DNA of 64,000 nt, taken from assembly GCA_030141605.1 (NCBI GenBank), contig JAQGDQ010000002.1, positions 1,240,001 through 1,304,000 of the forward strand. Reading direction: 5' to 3'. The stretch's first letter is position 1. Every line of letters starts with the position of its first letter. Below the pieces are notes generated by a model. The model had not been told where the DNA came from and ran no database searches. It saw only the letters and a list, made by a program, of their open reading frames with translations. This DNA comes from Tubiluchus corallicola (lineage: Eukaryota; Animalia; Priapulida). The translations under genes and the position numbers were made by a program. Shown one piece after another: positions 44,630 through 58,249 of this stretch.

Positions 44630-47600
44630 AGGGAGAGAGAGACAGAAAGAGAGAAAGAGAGACACAGAGATTGTAAAATGGAGAAGCATATCATAAAAGC
44701 TACACCGACTCTCAATAGCATACAAATTTTCATTCGTACAAGCAAATGCGAAATATTTTCAGAGACACAAAAAAACTCACCCTAGATGTGTGAAAAATGA
44801 GCTCCTTAAGTATTCAAAATCCCTAGGCAGTTTTTTTAATACTCGATTTAGGAATTTCTTGCAAACGGGTAATGAAACAACAAAAAACAATACAGACCTT
44901 AACAATAAACAATTATATACAAGATAACTACAACGAGATACAAGATAATTACAAAGCCAACAAGACAACCAGCAGAGTGACGCGGCAGGCACCGTTTTAT
45001 TTTTCGCTTGGAATAAGAAACGAATCGAGAAAAAATCAAGGAAGGGACATAAATTCGCCAGGGCTCGAAAGTATACTGAAGACGTCGCTAAAATGATATA
45101 CATATTGCATATAAGTTTACATATATATATATGCAAGTATAAACGCGCAATGGGTTTCGCATATATTATGATATTATACGCACATGAGCTGAGAATCTAA
45201 AAAAGATTTGAACAAAAATTAGACCACAGAGGATCTTGATACATAACTCCGTCTTTTCAACATGAAAACACCCAGCGCATTTGATTTTTATATTAATCTT
45301 GGCTAAACAACATTAGTTGCCATCAGTTGCAGGACGTAATCACCTACATCAATACGATTTTCTTACCACTTCCACCATTGTACAACACATGTGCACACGA
45401 CACGCAAAAGACTCTTTCATTCACGCATTTAAAACGAGATTAAACGAAAGAGAAACAGACATTAACCAGAGATTTACAGGGACTCTCGGTGCACGTGAAA
45501 CAAAATATATTTGGTTTCGTCATTCAAAGCTCTCGTCAGCGTCTAAGATCTACACTCATTGAAAATGTCAAGTGCAAGTAAAATTAGCACAACTAACGCT
45601 TGATACGCAATCTGTTCGAATGCCACAGTAACCCTTTAAGTGTCAGGTGACTCAGATCACAGCACGTACTCTAACAAATTACGAAAAACCATTTCTTACT
45701 ACATGTATAAGAATTCTAACATAAAAATAGGCAAATAACATTTAGGGGGCCTCACAACAGTTTTAATTCGAAGAAGGCTCGCGTGCAAAATTATAAGTAC
45801 AGCGCATTAAGCCTAATGGCTTTGTTGTTATGATAAACTATGAACAAACTATCCATTACTAAGAGTGAAATGATAAGCAATGGTAGCTTCCTTTATTTGT
45901 ATCAACTGTAAAAGTAATATTTTCTAATGAGGTAATTAATGTTGACTTGTTCCTATAACGAGTACCTTCTCTTGGAGCTAAGCCTCAATAGTTTCTCACG
46001 AAGTAATAAATAAAGCCATTAAAGGAAAGAACAAGTCATTCAGCATGTTGGATTCCTTTTACTGTTATTGCTTAAATTTAGAGAAATATGACAAAGAAAT
46101 TTGCAAAAAAACTGTCTATAAAACATTATGATGCACCAAGTTAATTTATACTACCCCTGCTCAGAAATTTTCAGGCGCGGTGGTAACGGGCGTTCACTTT
46201 AATTAAGATTATGACATAACTTGTAGACGTAGTAACTTTTCGTAAGCTTTATTGTGGCTTTCCGTAAGCGCGCGCTGCTGAAAGCACAAGAAAACCTTCC
46301 ACTTGCATAAAATTTAAAAAATTCGTCTCGAAATTTTATACCACTTACATACTACCTTTTCGTATGCATGGCTTGCATCGGCCGTAATGCTGTATAAAAC
46401 GTGTAAATATAAACTGCCGCGATGACCATTAGGCGCAGCCATTTTAATGGTAGGTCGTTTGAAACAAGTAAAATGGTAGGTCGTTTGACAACATCAAGTA
46501 AAGTTTGAAAAAATAATCAGTACATTTGTAGCATACATGATGCTAATTAAGTAAAATTTTAAATTACTGTATCTTGTCTATAAGATTAAAAAGACGTTAT
46601 TGGTTAGTGAGTGGCGCACCCTGGAGTGTCAGTCAGCGACATTTTACTAATTGGCACAAACATTTTAAATTATTAGTCTAGTTACATAAGTTTTTCCAGC
46701 AGGTAAGTGAAATCCTAAGTCATATAGATTTGCACGAAGTTTTTTGGGTCAATTTAACATTGCCTTTTCTTCCCCTGATTTGCGTGGCGTAGTGACGTCA
46801 TGACGTCAGAATAGTACTGCGGGAGATTTAAAATGAAAACAAACGAAAATTTCTTTCAACGCGAATACGATATGTGCATAAAATTGCTGTAAAGTGATTT
46901 AAGGTGATTTTTCTGAAACCTATTTCAGGTGCCCCTTTTCTTGTCCTTTAAACAAATTCGAACTTCAGCAGCTTTCCTAATGTTCACGCAAAAATATCAC
47001 AGAAGTAGCTACCTAATTTTATGTAATAAACTTGTTATACTTCTGATATAAATTGACAGTGCACGGATGTTCCAAGGAGCGCCAAAACGTGAGATGATCG
47101 CGATTTTAAAGTGATTTTACTAATTACACGAGACGCTCGTTGCATTTTCTATCACTAAGTTCTTCTAATAATTATCATGAACATTGAAATAAGACTAACT
47201 TCCCAGAAGGCTTGACTTTTCCTTTAATTGAAAACTGAAGAGAGCAAAATAAAACTGAAATCAAAGAAAAATCGGAACGTTGCGTGCATACAATGGATAT
47301 GACTTAATCATGCAGGTATCTCTGTAGTTAATGACTGCGTGTTAAGAAGAAACCAAAACGAAAGCTCCTGCAAAGCGATATTCCAAGAATATCTTGTTAA
47401 TGGTTAGTCATGTTAGCAAAATAAAATCCAGTGTTGTCGTCACAGAACCGCAACAAGAATTGCAAATTTGTGTCTGCCAGAGCGCACGTTTCCGTAAAAA
47501 TGTCGCCAGCGGCTATTAAACACACGGAAATGTTTTCTGCAATGTAATTTTTGTTGCATGTGACGTCAACCTTGATTTTCGCATGCCCAGACGACAATGA

Positions 47601-50600
47601 TGCATACCTTCTAATAACCATGACATAAGCTGTAATTGTTGTCCTGCAAGCAATAATTGTGCGTTAATTAAATAAGGTTTATCAACGATTGGATAAGCTG
47701 ATAAATATTACAATAACGTGACTGCATCTATAAACATTTTTCGAGTAACAGCAGCCCAATTATAAATTTCACAAAGTCATAATAGTAAAAACGTTACGTT
47801 GTTATTGTTCTAACGTTTTCACTTTTTAGTAACACTGTGCCTACAAAAAAATAAAAAAAAAATAAATAAAATTCTCAACAGTTATGTGGCGTCTACTACA
47901 AGGGCTGTCTTCGTACAGACAACTTATTTATGTCATATGCCTCTTATTTTTGTGGGCAATGGCGAGCATAACTTTTGTAGCAATTATACAACTGAAGGAT
48001 GTCAGATGTAATTAATATCGCTTTATTATTTTCACAGTTCACACATGTCACAAACTACTAAACATTTTGGTACACTAAAGTAACCATAAATATAGCACAA
48101 AAATGGTATGAACGTCAAATTTCTACAAAAGCGATTAAAGACGTTAAATTAGTGCTATAATCGAACGACTCGCTTTTAACAGAACTCACAGGAAGGAAAG
48201 AGAAAATTTACAAAAACTGCCACTTAATAACAGCAATTCCTTTTGGCAGAACGCACGCTACCAGTTACGTCATTATAAGAGTTAAAAGAATATGTCCTGA
48301 GAGTGAAACATCACACTGGTTTCGCAATTCTTTTTGCAAAATAATTGAATTTTCTCAACTCTTACCTATTTTGATATCAATAATCTTAAACTTAACTTTC
48401 AATTTACTCAGATGAGTAAATTTCGTTTAAAAGCAAGTGCTATACTGAAAGTGACCAGCAACTAATGCCAATAGACCAAAATCTTGCACCTTTATTAGGT
48501 GATACAAATTTTACTCTAGTCAGAGTCGACAGCCCAAAATTAAAAATCTGACGGTAATTTCTTTTTATAAAATTTTACTAACTGATTAACAACTCCAGGT
48601 GTTAATTTGTTCTTGCAGATTTATTATTTTCACTTACATAATCATGCTCTGCAGCATGATTATAATCTTACCAATCCCAGGGTCGTCTTCTGGCTCCTCT
48701 ATTTGAGGAAAGTCAATGTTTCCTTTGTCATCCTGCACTTCCACAACGATTGGTCCTACAATGTTACTATTCTGCCTCACTAATTTAACCTTGCTGGCTC
48801 GTCTTTGAACGGTCGGCCTCTCTTGTGTGTCAACCTCGTCGTCTAGGCTGAAAAAATTAAGAAAAATGGCTTCAAATGTCACGAAACATTGTTCGGAATT
48901 TGCAGCACCAGCAATACGGTTAACGATACTACTTAAGCGAAACCATTATCCTTTCTGCCGTCTGCTTTAATCAGTTTTACTTTTTTCAGAAAATTCCCCG
49001 ACAGCAGATGCAATTTTGAACATTTCAGAGATGCTTAAATACCACAGGGTGAAAGTAGGTGCATTAGCGATAATGTAGGGTGCTAATTACTTTACCTATT
49101 CATTGAAACAGCTTGACGCGCTCGTGTTGCAACCGATGCTCTACATCCGTGACTTAATAACACGTTGTAAAATTACTTTGAATTAATAAAAAAATCCCAC
49201 AATGTAGAAACTGAAAATGCAAGGATATTAAGTGCTATTCGTGTCTTTTTGTACAATATATTCTGTGCTTCATTACTGTGCTATAAACTATGAAAAACAA
49301 AAAAATTCGTAAGCATATTTTTGCTTTTTTTCTGTGTTCTTCTACATTGGAGCACTGGAACTTTGTGACTTCAATTTTTTGTTGGCGATTTTTTAACTGT
49401 CAGGAGATATTTTTAATTTGTTAATTCGATGACTTCAATTTTTTATCGGCGATTTTTTTAATTTATTAATTAAATAAGCATTTTTCAGTTTGCAGTGTGC
49501 AAAGGAGCTCAGAACGCCTGTGCGATATTACGTTCATAAATAGGTAGATAGGTAGGTAGGCAGGCAAGTAGGCAGGCAGCCAGCCAGACAGACAGACAGA
49601 TAGACTGACAGACAACTGGACAGACAAACAGACGGATAGCTAGCATCAACTACAGCAAGTTGAATAAGCCGCTAATACGCTCAAGTTTTTATATAGACTG
49701 CCATAAATTGCCACATAAATTACCACCAGCAATCACTTGTGCGAAATCTGAAGCATAGGGTTACTAGTTTATTAAAGCACAAGAAAACACTCTTCATTAA
49801 TAAAGCTTAAAAATTCGTCTTGAAATTTTATATCACTTACTTGCTTGTCTTATTGCGCACAAAGCTTGCGTTAGCCTTAACGCTGTATAAAACATGTAAA
49901 TGTAAATGTAACTTTCGCGATGACCGTTAGGCGCAGCCATTTTGAGTGTAAGTCGTTTCGAATAATTTTAGATGACATTGCGTAAAGTTTGAAAAAAATA
50001 ATCAGAACATTCGTAGCACAATCTTCGCTAACTAAAAATGCTTTATATTGTCAATAACATCAACAATGTGTTTTTTATGGGTGAGTGCTGCACACTGGGG
50101 TGACGACGCAGTGCCGGTAAGGGTTCACCAGTTGGCACGAGTATTTTAAATTACAGAATATTAGTGTATTAAGAATTGTTTTGTCTAATTGCGTAAGTCT
50201 TTCAAACAGGTAAGCGTAATGAAAAGTAATATAAGTTTGTGTGGGAAGTCTTTGGCAGATATTTTAAAATGAGTCTTTCTTCGCCCATTTTTTCTGCCTA
50301 ACTGACTGGATATGTCATTTAGAACGTCACAATATTAGAAACTGCTAAAAACTTATTACTTGAAAAGCGAGGACGAGAACAGCATCACGGCATAACAAAC
50401 AATCTATGGAGTTGCTAAAACCATTTTCGCAGTAGATAAGTCTCAAAGACGTTGGAAAGGGACAAAGCTTTTAGGGTTCCATGCTAGCTCAAAAATTGCT
50501 TTGAAAACCTAATAAGCTCAAGTATGGGGCAGCTTAAATAACATTTTATTTTCTACACATAAATTGCAAAAGATATCCAGTTATCTTCCATACAGGATGG

Positions 50601-53600
50601 CTGATATTTGTATGATATGTGAAATTTTTGAAGCAGTGGGTTCAGCGAAGAAAGGTACTTCTGCAGTACAAATGACGAACGAAGCGCATAAAATCTGACC
50701 TAGACTCCACATCTTATCCAATTAAAATGAGACTTGTCTCAATAAAACACCCGATAATCCATACAAGAGATGCACGAATGCGACAGAATGCACTAAAATC
50801 CGATTTCTAATTACAGTTTTTCACATGACTAAACCTACACTGATTGACGACGAATTTTAGCGAATCAGCTCTACCTAGCAGAATCTTTGTGACAAAAGGC
50901 TTATAAATACAAAACGCTTGCTGATGAAATACTGGAGTTCTGATTAAAAAAAACTTAGATCAAGAGGATATAAATGCACCACGAAGCGAAACCCCTCGCG
51001 GGCATGACCCCACAGTCTAAACTGGTCGATCTAGCTAAACCAAACCAAAGGTGAACTGAAGTCAAACCAACCATAAGGCTTGACAGGTATGCATTATCTT
51101 TCAAGGCAGACTAATAGGCCGTCCACACGATCATTCAAAACACAGTCATTCCCAAGTGTGTCAGTGTTGAAGGACCGTGTGGACACCGAGAATGACAGTG
51201 ATATTTGAATGTTTTTCAAGTTGGACGATATCAAGCTGATTTTCACCGTTCAGTATCCGTCGTCATTTCGTCATTCTTGGAGTTAACTACCAATAACGAC
51301 GAGCGCTGGTGACTCAGCTAGAACAGCTCATTCATACCAGCTGCGTAAATGGCGCGTTGACACTAAAAACAACGCATTATTAACAAAAAAACGATTGGAT
51401 AAATTATATTTTGTAGGTGCATGGTGCAGAAATTTCCGCGAGTGATTTTTATAGACTTGTATAGGAACTTGCGCTCGCACTCCGGCGACTAACCAACCTG
51501 CAAGGCAACCTACTCTTTCTGCTTTATTTAAAGGTGACAGTTTGTTCAGCAAGCAATTCGAACATACTTAGCATTATATAATTTAAAAATTCATTTTCGC
51601 TTCTGCGTTTAATTACCGAAATATTTGATAATAACTTCTTGTTTCATTTCTCTGGCGATGTTCTTTTTTCTTTGATTTAGTTTTCCTTTGCAGCACATGT
51701 ATGCTAAAAGAAAGCTTGCATTGAAACAAATAAAGAGAAGTTAGAGAACACCCGTTCAACGAGTAGTTAGGGTAGCAAGGTGGCAGTCAGTGAAAATTTA
51801 TCGTGTGTACAGAGTTCAATGTTTTGAATGTCCTTCTTTTGAAGGATAGGCATATGCTACTAGTAAAGACAGAACAAAGTTATTGTGAATGTAAGCATGG
51901 CTGACAGGGGCTGTGCTAACACAGGTCTTGCTGAGCCTTTTGTGGATTCCGTGGTATTGTTCCCACAAACTTGTAGAGGATTTCGGACAGTATGAAGCCT
52001 ATACACGCACTCTATTCAAGGCGTACTCAACCCACACATCATAGTTTGTGAAACAATGTGAAAAGTGTCTATAAGAATATGGAATTAACTTCAAAAAATA
52101 TTTATTTGGCAACAGGAGTCTTAATATGAAAAATGGTTGTAATCTGGCAAATTCAATCTGCTAAATTCTGAAATAGTTATTTATAGATATTTTTCTAAAG
52201 AAAGGCTATCATACCGCTTGCTATGTATATACACGAGAGGCTACTCGTACCGACAGAAGTTATGAGTACTTCTAATTGCTAAAAGGTAGTATAGTTTAAG
52301 TCTATAGACTGCAGATAAGTTCACACTATAGATTAGATTTGAGTGATGAGGAATCGTGTCGGATCAGAAATTGAGAACTGAGTTAAGGTAACTGTACAGG
52401 TGAGTTGATTTGAGAGTTGTTTAAGTTGAGTTTAGAAAGAATTAAGTCAAGAGTTAAATCAAATCAAGAGAATGAAATCAAATCCATGCACGAATACACT
52501 CAAGGAATAATGATTTTACTTTAAAAGGGCTAACAGAAGAAGTTGTTATTGAACATACTCCGAATGTTGCAACATGGTTATTGGTACATGCCATACTTCC
52601 CAGTATTCTTAACAAAATAAAATTGAAATGACTAGGATCGTGTGTTTGATTGTGATTATTTATTTAGAGATATTTATTTATATCATCATGCTGCAATGAA
52701 AGAGCAAGTTTCTCTCAACATGGTGGCATACAAAGCCCGTTCTGACTGCTTTTTGACTTCGCGTTAGTACTGAGTTAGATGAGTCGGGAATGTTAGGTCT
52801 GCTTTTGACTTGAGTTACTTCAGTCTACACAGTTATGAGGCAAATGTAGTTTCATTAATAGCACATTCGTGTGACATGTAACACCACATTCTGAGTCCAC
52901 TAATCATCAATATTGCTCATAGTGATGGGCATTTAATAGATTAATCGAAATTACAACCATGTACAAATCGATATAATCGGCTATTGAACAGTAATTCAGT
53001 TAATCGAGATTAATCAAGAGCAAAATATGCGTGTTACACACTTACTAAAGGGCAGTGTTTTAGCACAAATAAACGGAATTCTTGCACTTTTCTTCGTTTT
53101 TCTCAACATACACAATGCGCACAATTGCAAACCACAGTGTTGCAAGCTGAGGCTTCATATTCGCATTTACGTGATATGTGTAGTTGACATAGAAATAGAT
53201 TAGTTAATGAATGTACGAGTCTATTAAAGTTGTTTGCCAGTACGAAAATGTTATAGAGTGTTTGAGCATTTAGTGATAGGCGATTTTAAATTTTCTAATT
53301 CGATTACAATCCTGTTTTTGTAATTCGATATCACGATTAATTTTTTGTGGTAATTTTTTAGTGTTTAGCTATTTTTCAAACATTGCAGCACTGAAATGTA
53401 GCCTATAAACCTCTTCACTACAAAACTGAGCGCTAGAATTGTTTTTAAATTTAGACAGGTATGTATACTCACTGTACTATATAACTTACTGCTTTACTTT
53501 TTTCAATAACACTCGTTCATAACAAAGACCACCCACCCCCGGACCCGTATCCGAAACGAGTTAAGCACGAGAGTTCGTGCGTCACGCGCTATAATACAAG

Positions 53601-55507
53601 ATCGGTACAGGTGCAACTGATCACTCAGTGATCCACTACACGCAAATATTGATCAATAAAGGGCTGAAGTCATTATTAAACTCCGTCAAAACTGCCAGGG
53701 TCAGATAATAACATTGGTCAATATACAATGAACAGACAAGAGACGAATGTAATAAAAATAAACAAATATAAAACAGTATAAATTTGTTATAAACAGATGG
53801 AGTGCTGTGACGATGTTTTATCGGTTTCGCAAGCAATTTTCAAAGCAACATTATTACCCTCTCACTGATAAGTTTGGTGCCCAAGATTAATTAAGGACAA
53901 GCGTCTATATTGCAAATTGGTAATCCCGCTTGCTTATTGATTTCACTTCATTTTCTACCTAATAAGTTATTACTATTAATAGGTTCACCAACAGCTGAAT
54001 AAAAGAGAATTCACACAGTGCTAATACAGTATTTCTATGCACACTACACTGCGATCGCAGATTTGGAGGAACTGCAAGAAGATAACGACTTACACCTGAC
54101 AACAAGCAAAACGAATGTAGGAAAGTTTGGTACAAGTAAAATTGGTACAGGTAAGTTTGGTTCAAGTAATTTTGGTACGAGGAAATTTTGCTACCGGGAA
54201 AATTTGATACTAGGAATTTTAGGTACGCAATAATTTTGGTACAGGTAAATTTGGTACTATGATCTTATGGTACAAGACATTTTTGGTACTAGAAAAATGT
54301 GGTACTGGGACTGTTTGGTACAGGGAAAATATGGTACCAGGATTGTTTTGTACTAAGAAATATTGGTACAAGGAAGTTTTGGTACTAGGAAAGTTTGGTA
54401 CAGGAAAATTTGGTACTAAACGAAAAAGAGAGCATTTCTATATCTCAGTATAAAATAATTGTTTCAACTAGAAAATGAAGACGTTTATTCAGTAGGGAGC
54501 AAATATGGTACCTGGAAAGTCTGGTTTATTAAAAAGTTCATAAAACATTATACTGTAATTAATAGTGCGCGGCAGCTAAAATTTTACCTGTGCATATCCC
54601 ATCCATATATGAGAATTCTGTGCATATATTTTCCATTACACTGTGCCAGTGTTTCCCAAAGTTTTCTATTACGTGACCCCTTTCAGTAGTACCAAACCTA
54701 CCATGACCTCACATTTTATAAGCCTTTTGAAAACGTACTAATTTTTAACATCGCAGACTCATTATTTTAGAATTTAAAAGATTAATCACAGCAGAGAAAG
54801 CAATAACAAAAAATGTTTATTAATGTTTATGAATGTGCATTAATGTTTATTAACAAGGATTGATTTAATCATGTATTTTAATTAGAAGGACGTATTTGCT
54901 TTTTTGATACAAACTCCATGACCTCCAGAAAAAGGCTCACCTTTTAGGGGTCATGAGCACAGTTTGGTCTATACTGTCTGCACAGTATAGTACAGTTTGT
55001 ACTATACCGTCTAGTATTTTATGGGGTAAGGCTAGTTATAAGTTATAAGTTATAGTGCTAAGTTATAAGTATAGAAATTTTGCCAAATTTGAAAAGTGAG
55101 TATTATTTATTCCAACTAGCCAGGCTCCGTAAAAGCAGTTTGCATAAAATGGGAACTGAAGTACTGCAAATCTGCCACAGTTATTGGGCTACTGCAAAAA
55201 AAATTGTTTGTCCGATTTGGCAGGGGGCGCAAATTTTGACAGGGGGCGCCCCCCCCCCCCTTCGCCCCCTCCTAGTTCCGCCCCTGGTAGTGATCACTGT
55301 CTTCTTTGCCATAATGATCACTGTTTTCATCGTCATCATTATCATCATCATCACTATCGTCATCGTTGTCATTATCAATATTATTGTCATCACTGTTACT
55401 GTAACCATCCACCATCCATCGTTATTAATAGGCACAACAACAGTAACAGTGGTGATGGTGATGGTGATGATAATTATGATGTTCACTGCTAATAATATCA
55501 GCAGCAA

Positions 55508-55539
<32 letters not shown>

Positions 55540-56610
55540 ACAACAACAATGACAACAGCAACAAAATGACAAACGTAACAATGACAGTCATAATAATGAT
55601 GATGATGATGGTGGTGGTGGTGGTGGTGGCAGTAATCACAACAAAAGAGCAAGCAACAAACAAACAACAATAATGACAAATAACGAACAATAGACTTACA
55701 AACAGACAGGATGCGAATAAAAAACAAATAGAAACAAATGCAATAATATTTCAATAATATAACAATATCTCCATAACTTGTTCGCGTATGTTATATAAAA
55801 TATATTTTCATAGTACGAAACTTTCCTTGTACCAACTTTGTTGTACCAAATTTTCCTAGTACCAAATTTTCCTAGTACCAAACTTTCCTAGTACCAAACA
55901 TTCCTAGTACTCGAACTTGTTCTGTACCATTTTTCCTTGCTTATACCATATTTACTTGTACCAAAAATGCCTGACAAACGTCGTTAGCACCATATTTACC
56001 AGTACCATATTTGCTCTGTACCAAATTTTCCCAGTACCAAAATTACCGCGTACCAAAAATTCTTCGTACTAAAATTACCAATACGAAACTTACATGTACA
56101 ACTAGTACCAAACTTACTGCGCACTTGCAAAAGTGAACTGTTGGAGAGCTTTTCTAAATAAGTTTCTTAGTCACCTTACAGCGTTATAAAAATAACTAAA
56201 GAAACGGCAAAGTTAATAGGCTTTAATATATGGCATTATCTTAGTAATCTGTTAAAGTTAAACATCAGTGTTTAAAATTAGATTTAAGTTCAGACATTGC
56301 AGACTTTACTTGAAATATACAATAATTATTAATTTATTATATAAACTACAAGAAGTGGAATTCCCAACGGAATACAACAAATCAATACTTTTCCACTAGA
56401 ATGAGTAGTCATAGAATTGGATGTACTTTTGTTAAAACAGATACCTGTCTCCTCGACTAAACTCCGGAAAATTCTCCTTGTTTTCAGTTGATGTCCTCTC
56501 TCCATCAGTGTTTAATGGCACAGCAGTGTCACCTTTATCGGTTTGCCCTTCTGTTAAGTCGTTCATGCTAACAACGTAGGACATGTAGCTGAGTAGGGTA
56601 GTGCTTTTCT
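37157..56610 (-). CDS. Uncharacterised acidic protein; complement(join(37157..37282,38271..38338,48672..48847,56445..56610)); 169 aa if started at ATG 56584
   Basis: Four exons with pyrimidine-rich CAG acceptors and GT donors; phases 2,1,0 chain into one stop-free frame: MSYVVSMNDLTEGQTDKGD...FSRGDS|LDDEVDTQERPTVQRRASKVKLVRQNSNIVGPIVVEVQDDKGNIDFPQIEEPEDDPGI|ESGFSIGEKLTLDDVEVKIAPII|REAEVRKKALEQLLVEHASLVAKINSDERSQKSLTSPDIPT*. No family recognised. Confidence 0.75.
38271..38338 (-). CDS. Uncharacterised gene exon (68 nt)
   Basis: atctcacag acceptor, gtaagt donor; encodes SGFSIGEKLTLDDVEVKIAPII. Confidence 0.75.
39140..39480 (+). repeat. Dispersed repeat family A, copy 2
   Basis: Collinear similarity with 10150-10460. 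Confidence 0.7.
39970..43130 (-). mobile_element. Decayed non-LTR retrotransposon (APE endonuclease + reverse transcriptase)
   Basis: Minus-strand motifs in order: APE end SDHNMVIVNMNW (~42000), RT start GSQGW*NEILKMAGSDLIDSLCIVFNEV (~41260), FVDAMKCFDELWLRDCLIDL (~40950) and KIGEAVKQSTVRDPIICC (QG-type motif, ~40800). Many stops and frameshifts; ends approximate. Confidence 0.85.
44580..44670. repeat. (GATA)n/(GA)n microsatellite
   Basis: Read directly. Confidence 0.9.
46281..46785 (+). repeat. Dispersed repeat family B, copy 1
   Basis: aaagcacaagaaaac...aaaattcgtct.gaaattttata...gctgtataaaac...cgcgatgacc.ttaggcgcagccatttt, shared with 49773-50300. Confidence 0.8.
48672..48847 (-). CDS. 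Uncharacterised gene exon (176 nt)
   Basis: ttttttcag acceptor, G|gtaaga donor; core of ORF 48634..48882. Confidence 0.8.
49540..49640. repeat. Degenerate (GGTA/GGCA/GACA)n repeat
   Basis: Read directly. Confidence 0.8.
49773..50300 (+). repeat. Dispersed repeat family B, copy 2
   Basis: Collinear ~500-bp similarity with 46281-46785. Confidence 0.8.
54648..54976. mobile_element. hAT-type MITE nested in foldback copy 1
   Basis: Starts cagtgtttcccaaa (Charlie-like TIR) and ends ggggtcatgagcacagtttggtctatactg; absent from copy 2. Confidence 0.55.
55180..55286. mobile_element. 3' terminus of a hAT-type element
   Basis: GC-rich agggggcg repeats ending cctagttccgcccctg (reverse complement CAGGGGCGGAACTAGG, hAT-like TIR). 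Confidence 0.5.
56445..56610 (-). CDS. Uncharacterised gene exon (166 nt; ATGs at 56584 and 56566)
   Basis: ttttaaatttcag acceptor, AG|gtatct donor, open frame. Confidence 0.7.
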
Positions 56611-58249
56611 CTGAAATTTAAAAAAAAAGTAATAAATTTAAGTAGCAAGTTTGAATGGCTACTAAATCTCTTAGTCTAGAGTTAACTCCCTGACTCATTT
56701 TTCTCAATGTAACAAATAAGAATGCTCATTTAACACTTGAACAATGAAAATGGTATGAAAACTTAATAAAACTTCTCATATTAAGAATAAATCTAATAAA
56801 AAAAAGTTGCATTTATTAAAAAAACATATGAATCTTTCGCATTTTCACCATATTTTGTAAAACTTCATTATCTGTTACAGTGGAACTGGTAACATTGAAT
56901 GATAATATTAGTCCACAAATATGTGCCTGTCTGTATGTTCGTTCAGTTAGGGGAAGAGTGTATATTTAGAAAAAAAAACCAGAATATTATCGACAGTCTG
57001 CTGATAGACTTTATTTAGCCAAATTTAATACGGCAGATGCTGTCGGTGGCATATGCAAGAAAAGATCTATGATCAAAAGTCAAGTTCATAGCAGCAACCT
57101 AGGGAGCTCAAATGCATGTCAATTTTGTCTGGCCCAAACGTAAATAAGCTCGAAAGCGAACGACTGAATTGCCAGGGCAGTTTCAGGTAACATGTGCCAG
57201 AACGATTGGGTTTCTGGAATTGAAAAATCATCAAAGGTAAATGTCATAGAACCACTGAGTGAATTTCATTGCCCACAGCATATTTTGAGAACAAACGATC
57301 ACAATAAAATCTGGTAGGTAATGAAATTCGGTTGAATAACTGTTCCTTAAACTAAGCACTAGTGATGCTCTAGCACTGTTAGTGAGTTCTTTATTATCTT
57401 ATAATTTTTATGGAGGAATCTGAAATAAAGAAATTAAAAAATAAAAATAAGAAAAAAGATGCTGCTGTTTCTCGAGCCAGAAAACAAAAGGTCAAGGTCG
57501 CAAACTGATTTATTAAATATTACATTGTCTTTACGAATGTGGTTAAAATGCAGTAGAACTACTATGTTACTATAACCAAGAAAGTCGATGGCGAGGTCAA
57601 AGCGTGATTTAGCAAACGTTATATATCTGAAGAACGGATAAGCGAAATATCCTGCTGATCAGTGCATTACATAAATCTGCTAAATTTTATGTTAAAGCTT
57701 GCGAGATTAGGTTCCAATCTTTCTCGGGACTGACGCATCTGTCTGCACTTGACCTCACATTGACTTGAAACTAGGAGTACTAAAATTGAGTAAGTGTACA
57801 GGTTAGTTTTTGGAGGCGTTGACGAATGCGTTGTAATTGACGTACCAATAATTCGTAATACGCGAATTCAGTACATCCACCCTGAGTGGCATAAAAAGTT
57901 GGACCCAGTCAGTCTCGTTACTCAGTCACGAGAAAAACCAAGATAATATCGAACGTGGTTTATACATTGTGTTAAGAAGCGCCTAAATCGATCTTCCCGA
58001 GAATTTGCAGTGACGAAATGCTTGAGATTCCTTCAGCTGAGGAAGAAGTCTATCAGCAGACTATACAACAGACAGCGCTTGACATTTTAGCAGATTCGAT
58101 TTGAAAATAGAGAAGCTGCTGACATTATAATGACTTGAGCCTAGCGAAATGAGCAGTTATAATAACTGAATAGCACATCGATTACCGGATTAATCGATTT
58201 TTTACGAAAATATTGTCACGCATGTACTGTAATACTAATGTGTAATTCT

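Larger units (their letters stand above)
54113..56124 (+). mobile_element. Foldback-like non-autonomous element, copy 1, with 15-bp tandem arms and nested hAT MITEs
   Basis: Left arm (ggtacaggaaaattt)n, right arm (aaattttcctagtacc-type)n; ends gaatgtaggaaagtttggtac and gtaccaaacttactgcgcac; internal trinucleotide mosaic. Confidence 0.85.

Noticed and set aside
55080-55754. ORFs resembling membrane or His-rich proteins
   Set aside because: Trinucleotide mosaic inside a repeated element; a diverged copy lies at 61850-62300.
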